A stretch of 64,000 nt of DNA from a virus (Duplodnaviria; Caudoviricetes): positions 2,187 to 66,186 of IMG/VR virus record IMGVR_UViG_3300028800_000090; one strand, given 5' to 3'. Of the stretch, positions 62,580-64,000 are shown one piece after another. How positions within the stretch are numbered: position 1 is the first letter of the stretch; each line of letters begins with the position of its first letter. The notes beneath the pieces are model-generated. The model worked only from the letters and a program-made list of their open reading frames with translations, did no database searches and had not been told where the DNA came from. The translations under genes were made by a program, and so were the position numbers.

Positions 62580-63596
62580 GTGAGTGTGGCAGTGATCGAC
62601 CCGGATGGCCTATTTCATGGCGAGCGATTAGCAGCTTGCAGTGATATGGCCCAACTCTATTGGCCCCGCTTCTTCATCGCCTCGAATGGCTACGCTAGGC
62701 TAGAACTATCTTATTCTGCAATGATTTCAAAAATATTCGGAAGCCTTCGGAAACCTCCGGAAGCGGATGAGGTTTGGGCTGTATTCGAAGAGTATGCGAA
62801 GAACTGCCTGGCGGTGCTCTACGAGCATGAGGGCGTGTGGTGGGCGCAATTCGACACGTCGCAGAAGTATCTACCCAGATTCAAGACGGTGCGCGACGAA
62901 AAGAGCCCAACTCCACCGTCAGGAATGATGGAAAGGCACCGCGTGGCATATTTGGCATGGAAAGCGTCTAACTCACTTGCAAATGAGTCATTTCGTAAAT
63001 CCTCGGCAGATTTCGGAACATTTCTGCAGGGGAGGGGTGGGGTTGGTATAGGGGAAGGTATAGGGGATGGGGTAGGGAAGAAACCTTCTCGCGCAAAGAA
63101 ACCGCGCGAGGTGCCCACTAAGACTGAACAGGCAAAGAGTCGGCACTCTGAGTTCAAAGGCGCTCTTGGGGAGTACTGGCAAGCCAAGAACCCCGGCGTG
63201 GAGATGCCCTGGGGGCCGGCTGAGGGCCGCAACCTCGAGATGTGGCTGCGTGAGTCACCGCAGACCACGGTGGAGCAATTCAAGGGGTTTCTGCGCAACA
63301 GGTTCCGCTCTGAGGTGAACCATGCGGAGCGACCGAGCCGGTGGATCAGTGGCATCACCAGCTACGCGGCAGGTCCCCTGAACAAGTTCAAGCAACCAAT
63401 GGCAAATGGAGGCAGTAACGGCAATGGAAAACCCAACCGATCCGAAGAAATCGCAAACTCAACTCTCGAAGTCCTCGCCCGCCGCGGAATTGTGGCTACT
63501 CAGCCGGATAGCGGAGTCCGAACTATTGACGCAAGGCCCGAGCTTGACGCCGGACGCCCGCGAACTGATGCTCTCGCTCTGGTCCGAAACCTATGA
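62580..63596 (+). CDS. Phage replication initiator (O-like)
   Basis: N-terminal winged-helix-like 'ACSDMAQLYW...SNGYAR', GxGxG linker, C-terminal helical domain; followed by a loader-like gene. Confidence 0.7.
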   Translation: MSVAVIDPDGLFHGERLAACSDMAQLYWPRFFIASNGYARLELSYSAMISKIFGSLRKPPEADEVWAVFEEYAKNCLAVLYEHEGVWWAQFDTSQKYLPRFKTVRDEKSPTPPSGMMERHRVAYLAWKASNSLANESFRKSSADFGTFLQGRGGVGIGEGIGDGVGKKPSRAKKPREVPTKTEQAKSRHSEFKGALGEYWQAKNPGVEMPWGPAEGRNLEMWLRESPQTTVEQFKGFLRNRFRSEVNHAERPSRWISGITSYAAGPLNKFKQPMANGGSNGNGKPNRSEEIANSTLEVLARRGIVATQPDSGVRTIDARPELDAGRPRTDALALVRNL

Positions 63597-64000
63597 GGCG
63601 ATTGGGCAAGTGAGGTTCGAGGACGCCTTTCGCAATGCACTGGCGTCGACCACCTTCCGCGTGAGTATTGCCGAGATACGCCGCTTCGCTGGCCTGCGTG
63701 TGGATCCGCCGAAGGAGTTGGAAGCGCGTGCAGCGATGCGCTGGCTGATCGACCACATGCGCTACCACGGCAAGAAGTTCCGCAGCGCCTGGGCGAGCAA
63801 AGATGGCAAGCGGTGCATGCTGGCTGGGGGAGACCGTCCGAAGGACGCGGACCAGAACGCGACCCTGATCCCCTCTCCGGACCTGCCTGAGTCCACAGAG
63901 CGCACGCTGGCGGAGATTGGGTTCGGCAGCTTGCAGGCTGGGCTGGACTTCGTGTGGGGGCATCCTGGGATCGATAGCGTGCGGCCGAGTTATGAGTTCG
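63424..64000 (+). CDS. Helicase loader / P-like replication protein (partial, runs off the window)
   Basis: ATG after GGAGG; LSLW...F-DAF-NAL...TFRVSIAEIRR motif; overlaps the initiator end. Confidence 0.6.
   Translation, partial: MENPTDPKKSQTQLSKSSPAAELWLLSRIAESELLTQGPSLTPDARELMLSLWSETYEAIGQVRFEDAFRNALASTTFRVSIAEIRRFAGLRVDPPKELEARAAMRWLIDHMRYHGKKFRSAWASKDGKRCMLAGGDRPKDADQNATLIPSPDLPESTERTLAEIGFGSLQAGLDFVWGHPGIDSVRPSYEF

Overview
This window is most, possibly nearly all, of a GC-rich dsDNA tailed phage genome with podovirus-like architecture. An Acidobacteria-like host is inferred only from the style of the signal peptides and the 'AATPTFSP' Fn3-like repeats. The + strand (1-50.7 kb) carries: small middle genes; about 15 kb of large T/G/S-rich fibre/adhesin-like genes that unexpectedly begin with Sec-type signal peptides; an embedded lysis cassette; portal, scaffold, major capsid, adaptor/tail and ejection proteins; a 3830-aa DarB-like polyvalent protein; and the terminase pair. 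The giant protein has RelA/SpoT-like, 2H-phosphoesterase, circularly permuted HAD, N6-MTase and SNF2 domains. The - strand (50.7-62 kb) is an early operon with Erf, YqaJ exonuclease, a TGT/DpdA-like protein, a DNA MTase, RusA, DnaB and an HD (Mesh1-like) hydrolase. A divergent promoter region near 62.1 kb leads into O/P-like replication genes. Three free-standing homing endonucleases are present; no integrase, CRISPR array or complete tRNA was recognised. Most notable: (1) an ORF-less, highly structured ~485-nt RNA gene with its own sigma70-like promoter and terminator inside the morphogenesis operon; (2) the signal-peptide-bearing tail-fibre-like cluster; (3) genes overprinted inside the giant ejection protein, and a possible alarmone synthetase/hydrolase pair. 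All calls come from reading motifs by eye; no database searches were run.
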